From positions 7,564,001-7,628,000 of the forward strand of contig CM082590.2 of assembly GCA_040954595.2 (NCBI GenBank): a stretch of DNA of 64,000 bases, in the 5' to 3' direction. A program made the translations under genes and the position numbers. This DNA comes from Balanoglossus misakiensis (lineage: Eukaryota; Animalia; Hemichordata). This document shows, in pieces, positions 1 to 12,316 of this stretch (position 1 is its first letter; each line of letters starts with the position of its first letter). The notes beneath the pieces are model-generated. The model did not search any database. It was not told where the DNA came from and worked only from the letters and a program-made list of their open reading frames with translations.

Positions 1-599
1 CATGAATTCAAATCAACCAATCATGATGTCAGAATGATTTAACCAACATTCACGCCGTGCTAGCTTAGTAGTTTTCTGTGTCAGATGGATTTACTTTGCC
101 AGAAAGGAAATTTTATTCTTTTTTTTTAGAAAACTATGAACTCAAGCTCTTAATTTTTGTTGTTTTTATCACTATCATGATATTTTAATTTGCGTAAGTC
201 CTTTTTGGCGATCGATGAAAACCATCGCTTGAAATTTGCGAAGAGAGAAGCATTTTGGGATCTTTGTCTGATGTGCATGAAATGTCATTATCACAGCATT
301 TTTTGTCGTCATTTTGTTACCAATTGAGGATTGTAAGAATTCTACTTGCAATGTTCCTGTAGACATGTACAGTCAAACCTGTGTTAGTGGCCACCTGTAT
401 ATAGTGTCCACTTTGTTACAGTCCCTGTGCAATTCTTGCTAGGTTTTTGCTATCAAGGTGAGAAATGAAAATCTCGTATGATCGACACAAATTCAAGATG
501 GCCGATTTTGCTACGTTTCACAAATGTGAGTTCATAAGTGCTAAATATTGAGCTCCTCAACAAAGTATGTAGGCTTGTAAAATGCCATTTTATTGTTAA

Positions 600-759
600 A
601 GGTATACGGTCACCTATGCAAATTTAGTTACAGTTACCATGGTAAATTGAGATCTAACCAATCACAGATTTTCAGTGGATGGCACACGCGAAAAAAGCGC
701 TCAAGTACGCCATTTCAACCATATATGGATGTATGTAAATTGGAGGTGACTGTATACCT
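600..759. mobile_element. TTAA-flanked MITE (Kolobok-like, family B)
   Basis: TTAA|AGGTATACGGTCACCT...AGGTGACTGTATACCT|TTAA; related copies at 37685-37870 (inverted) and ~23141-23255. Confidence 0.8.
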
Positions 760-1029
760 TTAACATTTGAATTTTAGACTAGACTGTTGTTAACAATAAC
801 ATTGCTAGTAATGCATATATTGACTGCGATGAAAAGCTAAATACTTGGGCATATCTAAAAGATGTTAGGAGTAGAACAAGAAACTATAGGTGACACACAG
901 AACAAAAATACTATCAAAAGTGTCGACTTCTGTGCCTTTTATTTTGTTGTATATTTTCCTGCTCATTAGACGAACATACCACTTTACTTGAATGCTTCTA
1001 GCACAGGGTGTTAGCCGTGTCTTAATTAA

Positions 1030-1114
1030 CCCTTTCACCCCCAGTTCCCACTATAGAGGTCCAGGTTTACCATAGAAAACAATGGAGTTGGACCAAACCA
1101 TGGTGGTGAAAGGG
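1030..1114. mobile_element. 85-bp piggyBac-like MITE
   Basis: TTAA|CCCTTTCACC...GGTGAAAGGG|TTAA; copies at 22997-23080, 46636-46720, 47958-48041, ~54589-54671. Confidence 0.85.
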
Positions 1115-1118
1115 TTAA

Positions 1119-1462
1119 AGGGACAAAGTATCTCTTGCTGCCCTTTTTCCATTAATTTTGTTTGATAAAAGACACCGTTTATGTTATTCTACATGTGGAT
1201 ATATAGTGAATGAACATTCAACCACACACACCTTCCATTCCGTTTGTAGGATGTGAGAGTAAAAATCTCGCCAAAATGAATAAATGGTAAACGCCGATTA
1301 TTCATTTTGGTGAGTTTTTTCTCTCTCGTGTCTGCAGGTGGTGTAGAAGTTGTGTGTGGTCGAACGTTAATTCACTATATATCCAAATGTAGAATAACAT
1401 ATACGGTTTCTTGTATCAAACATAATTAATGAAAAAAGGGCAGCGAGAAAGACTTTGTCCCT
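1119..1462. mobile_element. Palindromic TTAA-flanked MITE (Kolobok-like, family A)
   Basis: TTAA|AGGGACAAAG...CTTTGTCCCT|TTAA with ~150-bp arms; multiple copies in the window. Confidence 0.88.
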
Positions 1463-2029
1463 TTAACATGGCCAATATGAGTTCGCTATGCTGGGTCTGA
1501 CTAGATGATAATGGAAAACCTCGTCTGTTGATTTTCATTAAAGATTCTTCACTTCAGTAACCCTCGATGGTTTGTCATTTTATTCACCCCCTGACTGACA
1601 TTCATTGACCCATTTCTTTCTATTTATGCTAGTATGGGTGGAACCATTAAAGTGAAGTAGGGGGTCAGTGCATAATTTTTCATTGATTTCGTGACATAAT
1701 AAAAAAGCCAGAGAAAAAAGATGTGCTTTCACAGTTGATATTTAATAGAGCAAAACACCAATAAAACAAAAGCACAAGACATAAAATAGGAAATACCTTG
1801 GAAGTATAAGTTTTACTAGCATATTTCTGTGTGTCCAGTATATTATTTGAAATACATGTACTATTTCTCACATAAAAAGCTAGTTAACATTACATATACT
1901 GGACAAATAAATACATGTACTTGTTACATGTTTGGAATAAAGTGTCCACAGAAAATAATGCTTTTCTGCATAATTATGATTTTAAAACTACTTTCCTTAT
2001 ATTAATTAAATTAGAATATTACAGCTTTT

Positions 2030-4640
<2,611 letters not shown>

Positions 4641-4965
4641 TGCAAAATACGCCCTCTTGTGTTTGATATGTAGAGTGTCGATCACATTTGGAGAGTTTTT
4701 AAAGATTCCGAATATGTTAATTATATGGGCAGATATCACTAGTTTTTTTATTTATTTATTTTTCCTTATCGGCAATCGGTTCTATATGGACACGTTTATA
4801 GTCCGAAATAAAGAATTAATAATAATAATTAGAATGCCCATATAAGGACATCGGAACTTTTCGTCAGTGTTCGGGTATCATCGGCAATTGTATACGCAAA
4901 TCCAGAATTTTCCAGTCGAGTATTTATCGAAAGCGATAAGGCAGCGGTCGAAATTCACCCCTCGT
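4641..4965. promoter_or_regulatory. Bidirectional promoter region DCTN6 / antizyme, with CArG box CCATATAAGG at 4838-4847
   Basis: Two ATGs diverge only 325 bp apart; perfect CC(A/T)6GG in context ATGCCCATATAAGGACATC. Confidence 0.6.
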
Positions 4966-7841
4966 ATGGTTGATCCGTGGAGTAAATCCACACAAAGCAT
5001 ACCTATGGTGCTGATGAATGATAAGTCGAACAGGACAGACCACAATTTTATAGAAAAAAATGAAGAAGAAACGACGAAAATACCAAGGAGTACCCTCGAA
5101 GCTAGTGAGGGATCTTTGTCAACAATCAAACTGTAAGTATCGCCAACTCAATGTCTCTCCACCTTGCGGATGTAAACTTTCCGTGATTTCTGGAATAATC
5201 TACCAGTTTGTTGATCTTTTCAAGTAGCTAGTTAGGTCCTTTATCCTAAGGAAGGAATATTTGTAATGTTTCTCCGAATCGTTTTGACCTTTCTTGAGTT
5301 GAAATGAAGTGATGGCTGATCGGTCGCCATTGTTGATAAAGTCGTTCACACGTCCGCGTCCGCCCTGGTTTTTGATCGGTTTATTTCTACTGCAAGTAAT
5401 ACTTTTTTCCCGTGAATTTTGTGTCGGGTTAATCAGAGGAAACAAAAGTAAGAGTTCAGGGTAATCTTTTCAGGAAAAGCTCGGCAGTTTTGAGGAAATT
5501 TTAGAGGGAGTTTCTGACTGGGTCGACCGGTCAGCTGATCGATGACGAAATCGGTTTATGCAACGCTTGCCAGGTCATCACCAATGCAATGGGAGTGGCC
5601 TTGTGTGCGGAAACTGTATCCATATGGAGAAACTCCGATGTTCTGATGGAATATCTAGTGGCCATGTAACTACTTTCACTTCACCTTGTTTGTCAACATC
5701 TCAACACGTTGTTGTTGTTGTTGTTGTTGTTGTTGATGATGAGAACTGCAATACCCATCACTGTCACTGACCATATGGTATATGACTCATCAAATCATTT
5801 TTAGATCACAGATGAAATGGTATCTGGATAAAATTAACATCTGCTTGTCAGGATGTGGTGATAAATGATTATCTAGTCTAATTATAGAATGTATCTTCAT
5901 TTATGCATGTACAATCCAATGACATGTTAATGGTGATGACATCAGCCCATCCTTGATTCTATTGTGGCATATTTTTAGTTTATTGCTTGAGAATTGGTGG
6001 TAGGTACTATATGGTTCGAAGTCATGCTTCTCTCTGGCAATTTCTGACCGTTTCTCCGTCTTGTTTTTGTCTCCACCATAGGGAGCCGTACATGCACCAT
6101 CTTATTACCCTTGGTCGTGGGCCTGGGTGGTATTCCTGATGTCCCTAACGTGGACGTCGTCAAACTCGAAGACCAGGCGGGGCAAAACAATGTGGATGCA
6201 TCGTTTGTGAAGCGCCTCTTTGGAGTAAGTTATCACGGGCAGAAAGTTGGATGAGAGAAATGTTTGAGGATTTATTTTTTGCACAGTGATGACAAGTTTA
6301 CACTGTCACTGATGTTGAAAGGATTATCGTTATCTAGAGGAACTGACACAGTATTCATCATGTTTAGCTAGTTTAGACTCAATAGTCCATAGCTAGCTTA
6401 TGTAATGGTTGAGTGTCAGTATGTATGTATGCATGACGGCAAGTTTACACTGATGTTGAAATGATTATCGTTCGTCTAGAGGAACTGACACAGTATTCAT
6501 CATTTTTAGCAACTTAAAACTGAATAGACCATAACTAGCTTATGTAATGGTTGAGTATGTATGTATGCATGCATTTATATATGCATGTATGTATGATAAT
6601 GTATGTATCGAGCACTTTGTATCAGACCAGTCGAACCACATACGCTGTATGTATGTATGTATGTATATATGCCTGTTACTGATTGGTCAGAAGTTGTCAC
6701 CTGATCAATTTGCATGTCATATACTCCATATGTATGTATGTATGCCTGTTACTGATTGGTCCGAAGTTGTCACCTGATCAATTTGCATGTCATATACTCC
6801 GTATGTATGTATGTATGCCTGTTACTGATAGGTCAGAAGTTGTCACCTGATCAATTTGCATGTCATATACTCCGTATGTATGTATGTATGCCTGTTACTG
6901 ATAGGTCAGAAGTTGTCACCTGATTCATTTGCATGTCATAAATATGCTAATATTATGAATAAACCATTTTCAGGAGGACAATCTTGACAACCTGCCTGTG
7001 ACGTCGTTGCGTTTCCAGCACCACCTTACCGACACACTGTGCGTGCACTGGGACGCCGTTTTGTGGCAACGCCGACTGGTGGTGGAGTTGCCTGGGGGGA
7101 ACATTCCCGAGGGCAGTCGCGACAGCTTGGTGGCGCTGTTGGAGTACGCTGAGGAGAGTCTCCAATGCAGCCATGTCATTGTCTGCTTTGATAAGGGACG
7201 ATATGATAGAGGTAAGCACAGTGAGTTCTGCCCATATTTGGGATTCAAGCATGGTGACTAATTTGCATAACAATATAAATGATTGTTATGTTAATTAAGT
7301 TCTATTGTCTTCTCAAAATTTAAGAGTGGTGGAGAACACCTGGAGTGGGTTCATTAGATTTTTTTTTATCTTGCATATTTTCATTCGAATGTAATATATT
7401 TTTTCTTGTAAACTGTAATAAGGTTGCATAGAAATGTGCATGCTCATCTAGAATAAACGTCACTTATGCATTCATCTACATTCTAATGAAAGGGCGAATG
7501 TTATACAATGGATGAAAATGCTAGAAATGCAAAAATACACAAGATTTTATGTTAAGGGAATCACTTTGTAAGATGGCCAAATAATGCTGAAATAACCTTG
7601 ACATTTCAGATTCTTCATAAGTTTCTATGCTTCGTAGGGGTTTCCTGGAAGTAGAGTTATATGCGCAATGCTATAGTTTTGACACAAAGTCAACTAAAAA
7701 CTGACAAGTACCTACCTTCTTCCTGTTCCAGGTGTTCTGATCCGCACTTTCATGTTCCTTGGGTTTGCTGCCGTACCCCCTGGCCACCCGGAAATACCGG
7801 ATAAACCGGAATACATGTTCCTGATGTACAAGATTGACTAG
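4966..7841 (+). CDS. OAZ1: Ornithine decarboxylase antizyme (ORF1 + ORF2 joined by +1 programmed frameshift), ~218 aa
   Basis: Exons 4966-5132, 6082-6224, 6974-7211, 7732-7841 (all GT-AG, phases compatible). ORF1 ends ...LITLGRGPGWYS-stop (TCC TGA 6134-6139). The +1 frame continues DVPNVDVV...LVVELPGGNIPEGSRDSLVALLEYAEESLQCSHVIVCFDKGRYDRGVLIRTFMFLGFAAVPPGHP...YMFLMYKID*, the antizyme signature (GSxxSxxxLLEYAEE; RTFxFLGF). The start codon choice (4966, 5005 or 6092) is uncertain. Confidence 0.95.
6119..6145 (+). other. Antizyme +1 ribosomal frameshift site GGG-CCT-GGG-TGG-TAT-TCC-TGA-TGTCCC
   Basis: Matches the conserved metazoan antizyme shift context (GGGCCxxxxTGG-TGY-TCC-TGA-TGYCCC). Skipping T6137 opens ORF2. 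Confidence 0.95.
6646..6940 (+). repeat. ~73-bp tandem repeat x4 in antizyme intron 2
   Basis: GCCTGTTACTGATwGGTCmGAAGTTGTCACCTGATCAATTTGCATGTCAT recurs at 6671, 6744, 6817, 6890, separated by (TATG)n. Confidence 0.9.
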
Positions 7842-9532
7842 TTGCCGAAAACCACTTCTATGTCACCATGTTTCATCTTGATTCTTGTGATGTGTTTACC
7901 ACTTTACTGATTAAATGTGCCAAAATTCGAACGGCAACCAACATCTCAATTCATACCCGTCAGTCACCCCTTTTCCTAGAGTATGGAATAACCCTAGTTG
8001 ATCACCCGTGCATTGGGTTGGGCCATTGTCTCAGGGAGAATGGGCAGAAAGGGATGAAATAATTTTCAGGAATGTTTCACATATCTTGAATAGATTTTTA
8101 TTAAGAATAAGTTTACCTGTGTGTGTCTAATAGGCGAAACCCGTGATTCAAAAATGTTCTAGTACAAACAATATCATGTGTGTTAAGATTGTAGGCATCT
8201 TGGGGACAGGTTTACAGAAAAATGGCAGACCGCCGAACTTTTCAATTCTTGGATTTATACTGTATGAGCAGTCTTATTGAAAATGAAGAAAACGGAGTGT
8301 TCACTGTCTCGTTTTCACAAAAATCGCAACTTTCTTCGTAGACAGAGAATGGTGGCCATTTTGGAGTTCAAATTTGAGAGAGTTTTGCCCATTCAAAATT
8401 TTGCACCTATATTATCTTCAATTTAAGAGAGAATAATCTAAAGTTGACTTGAGCAAAATATGATTATGAGGGAAAGAATCATTTAATTTTCAAAGGGGCC
8501 TCGGAAATCTTGTACACGTCCATTAATGTGAATTTGTTAGTACAATTACCACACAACTTCTTTGCGTACATTTACCATAAAACACTCCGGACCTTGTGTG
8601 ATATATTATTCCAGAACCAGGCCTATTGACACCGATGTGAATTTTTATAAATGGAATATTTTTAAATGCTCGTTTTTGTGTTTTTTGTTTGTTTTCTTTG
8701 TTACGATATTAGTTGGAATGTTGTTTATTTCCCTGTACACTTATTCTCTACCGATTTCAAACTTTTGTTTTTCCGAAGAGTGCAGAATTCTGAAATATTT
8801 CTCGTTACTGAAATTAATAATTTTTGCATATTTTGTTTCTTTCAAAATGGAGAAGTTTGACTAGATTACATTGTTTATTTTGAAAAAGAATTTTCCCAGG
8901 TAACCCCAATTTTAGTGTAGCCATTGTTTTTTTGTTGTTCTTTTGTAGTTGTGACGAGACAAAATCTTTTCATTTACATCAACAACTTTTCTCACTGGAA
9001 AACCGAAGTGAGACTATCGCTAAAAGTTACACAAGATCTGTAATAAGTACTCCAGTGTGTGGACCCTGTAAGTTGCAATTCATTTGAGACAAAGAACTTT
9101 GTGTTCGCACGGAGATGTAAGATTAATGCAGCCAAAATTTGTCTTGAAGTTGAATCTGCCAAAACGCAAAAAACCTGAAAGAATATTGCTTGACTGAATA
9201 ATACGCTAAGTGTGACCATTTTCGGACTGAATGACAACATTACTGGCCAACCCAGTGCAAATATGAACCCTGTCACCCCCCTCCTCTAAATGGATTCACC
9301 TGTATCCCATGTAATTGTAAATGATAAGACCAGACCACATTGGAGATGGGGTTGGGATTTGTTGTGTAGGGCCCAAACCAATGTGTGCACAGTGCAGTCA
9401 AAATCCAGTATGTGTACATGTAATTTTTAACTCAAAAATGTCCTGCATTCAGAATTGAAATCAGGTTTGGCCCACACTTTGCGTAACATACTATTATATA
9501 AATTACATAAAACCCTATGGTTTTTTTTTCTC

Positions 9533-9538
9533 AATAAA
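9533..9538 (+). terminator. Probable poly(A) signal of the antizyme gene
   Basis: AATAAA followed ~20 nt later by a GT/T-rich tract (TTTGTGTTG...TCTGTGTGTTG). Confidence 0.5.
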
Positions 9539-9758
9539 GTATTCAAAAATTACTTCTTTGTGTTGAATTTTTCTGGTCTGTGTGTTGAGAAGTTTGAATT
9601 GTGAATTTAGGTGTGGATTTAGGGAGAAAACTGCTTCCTACATTCGAAGTGGGCCATTTTTATGACCCCTATGTGACCGTATTCCTTTGAGTCCTGTTTG
9701 CTGACCCCTGTGTGGATCATGTGACCTTGACACTCACAGTGCCACACCTAGCAACACC

Positions 9759-9789
9759 CCTTATATGGACAGTAACACTCCTTATATGG
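9759..9789. promoter_or_regulatory. Tandem CArG boxes (CCTTATATGG x2)
   Basis: CCTTATATGG at 9759-9768 and 9780-9789, 21 bp apart. Confidence 0.5.
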
Positions 9790-10451
9790 AAGTTATACAG
9801 AACCTATACATCCACTGTATTAAATTGTCAAATGATACAACAATGTTGCTGCTTCATTTTCACAATAATCACACTTAAATGGTAAAATGACTAAAATAAT
9901 CTTTTAAATAACCTTAATCATCTATATCTTCAGAAAATTAATAACTGATTTTTTCTTCCGATAAGGGGAAAAATGGGGTCATTAATGTGTCAATTATGGA
10001 TGATTGTCACCGCTTAATTTCCAAAATAATCACTTTTCTGATGAGGAAATGGTTTTAAAATTAGCTTAATTACCTATTTCTTCAGGAAGCTAATTACCTA
10101 CACTTCCGAATATTACTAGGGAAATCATTGTAAGCTGAACAAAAACGTTTCATTTCTGATTAAATTCCATGCAAGCTGAGCTCAAAAAGATGACATAACA
10201 AAAAAACTAGATCTTCATCATTATGTAAATTAAGTACAATCAGAGACATATATAATTGATATTTTTACTTTTTAAAGGGTCTATAAAATGCTTCAGACAA
10301 ACTTGTCCGAGTTGTTTCAGATTGCTGGATGTCGTTGGGGGCGCTCTTCATAAAAACAAAAGTCACGGAGAAATTGAACTCTTGGGTCTGCCACTAAACT
10401 CTGTAAGGCTTTATTTCTCCGGCTAAAGACGGTTTTATTGCGTCACACGAT

Positions 10452-11594
10452 CTATGATTTCAGTTTTTGATCTTTCAGGTTAGCTGAAGTTGGTTTTTCA
10501 GCTGCAGTTGGAGTTTCTGGTGACTTTATAACCCGTCTTTCTTTGTCGACAGTGCCATCGGGCGTGTTGGGTGGGTTCGGTAACACCGCATTTCTACCAC
10601 CCTTCGGGTCGTCTGCTTTTGTAGCCGCGACAGAAACTCTAGGATCTAGCTTCCCCGCGTCGATGCTATCGTCAGTTTGCGCTTTAACCGTATCCATGGT
10701 AACACGCGTGTTCCGAGACGCGGGCTTGACCACGCAGATTCTTGGTAATCTGACCTTGCCCTTGACCTCAAATACAGAGTGCATGGCGTTGAAATCGTTG
10801 CTTGGTGCGGGCGCGGTACCTGCTCCAGCGGCCGTAGCGTCTTCGACGTACCGTGTGATCTTAAAGAAGTCGGCCGTTTCGGGCGGAGGGAAGGTATGCG
10901 TGTGTCTCAAAGCCAGCGGCCAGCCTAAAAGTGTAAATGGTGGCGGGCCGTAGGACTTCCTTCTCGCTTTTAAGAAAACTTTCTCCGTGTAGATATTGTA
11001 AAGTTTGGGACTTCCATCCGGTCTGGGAGTGTCATCGGTCATATTCGGTGCCACAAACAGCGTGCTCTTGTCCAGTGCGAGTTTTTCTTTATCGACCCGC
11101 GAGAGGTTCTTCGCTTGGAAGTGATTGGCCGGGAACTGACGGTACACGGGCGGGCGAATTGACCCGAAACTCGAGTAGCGATACGCTTCTAGGATCTCAA
11201 GACTAGCGGCGTTCATCTCGCGTAGTTGTTTAGTCTTTGCTGCCGTTTCGGAGATATCCGCTGGCGTGTTGACTCGGGTCGGTTGAAAGGATTGCAATAA
11301 TCTGGTCGTGTTGGCCGCCCTCTGGCGGCTGTAACGCTCCATTCTTCTCAGAAACCTCTCGATGGTCAACGCGTTTCTGTGTCTCCGTCTTCGTCGACGC
11401 CTCTTCCTCCCAGCGAGGTTGGCTTTATCGGCGTCCTTCATATCGTCGTCGTCTTCAGACGAACTGGGTTTCAGCCGCAGCTCTTGAAGTTGCTGGGATA
11501 TCTCGGCGAACTGCTGGCCGAGTTTTTCCTTGTTGTCCCAGGTCAGACTACTGCGCCTGCGCTGGGATGAAACAGTCACACTTGCCATCGTCAT
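10452..11594 (-). CDS. Uncharacterised 380-aa basic protein, single coding exon
   Basis: 1143-nt ORF clearly more GC-rich than its flanks. Splice acceptor TTTCAG at ~11647-11642 with an in-frame stop before the ATG. Contains an RKRRRRRRRHR basic tract. No family recognised. Confidence 0.7.
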   Translation of the reverse strand: MTMASVTVSSQRRRSSLTWDNKEKLGQQFAEISQQLQELRLKPSSSEDDDDMKDADKANLAGRKRRRRRRRHRNALTIERFLRRMERYSRQRAANTTRLLQSFQPTRVNTPADISETAAKTKQLREMNAASLEILEAYRYSSFGSIRPPVYRQFPANHFQAKNLSRVDKEKLALDKSTLFVAPNMTDDTPRPDGSPKLYNIYTEKVFLKARRKSYGPPPFTLLGWPLALRHTHTFPPPETADFFKITRYVEDATAAGAGTAPAPSNDFNAMHSVFEVKGKVRLPRICVVKPASRNTRVTMDTVKAQTDDSIDAGKLDPRVSVAATKADDPKGGRNAVLPNPPNTPDGTVDKERRVIKSPETPTAAEKPTSANLKDQKLKS

Positions 11595-12316
11595 CTTCTA
11601 GATCTGTGTGGACGGTTTTCTAATCTTCACCGAAGTCTACCCTGAAACGAACCAACAAGAGTAAACGGTTCTGTCAGTTAGGTAAATTTAGTTTTGTCCC
11701 TCCTTTTTACCCAATTTGCTGTCTTATCCCGATCTCCGTCACAGATTATGGTCGCCGCCATCTTCTCTGCTTATGGCATTGACTTTATTTTTGTAACCAG
11801 GGTCTCTGGTTTGGCACATGCGCATAAGACGATCGTGGCCCTTTAACAACTAGTAATCACCGTGAACGCATGATTGCATGTATAGTTCATCGTCGTCAGC
11901 GCAGCGGACAATAGCGACATAGTCGCTTGGCTTCGCTTGGTGTCATCATGGTGTCATGTATATGTGACGGTGTCAAATTTACATGTATATCTTTCGAGTA
12001 CATCAGATCCCCTGATCAGATCCGTCGTCGACCGATAGTAATTCTCATTTCTGTCGTTCCAAGTTTGAACAGTGTCCAGCGCGTTTCCTGATTTCGAATC
12101 TGCGCTTTTTTTCTGGACTTACGGCGAATACAGAAAGAAGGACTAGACAGACAGTGAAGGTCGAGTCGTCCTCTTTCTGATCTACTGTCAGTTTTGTAAG
12201 GTTGCCCTGTCCTTGATGGGAATGTACTGTGCGTGTTTTGTTAAACAAATATACTGGACACTGCGTTGTTTGCGGCTTTCTTCGTTCCGGGCCACTGACC
12301 TAGTGAATGCGACAAA

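Noticed and set aside
5558-5770. 70-aa ORF in antizyme intron 1 containing CGA-TGT-TCT-GAT (RCSD), resembling a frameshift-free shift site, and a GTATCC string
   Set aside because: No antizyme similarity on either side, it runs into a (GTT)n microsatellite, and GTATCCAT lacks the U12 consensus; likely coincidence.
6137-6139. In-frame TGA as selenocysteine, readthrough or pseudogene lesion
   Set aside because: Frame 0 hits TAA three codons later (TGT CCC TAA); homology continues only in +1, matching the antizyme mechanism.
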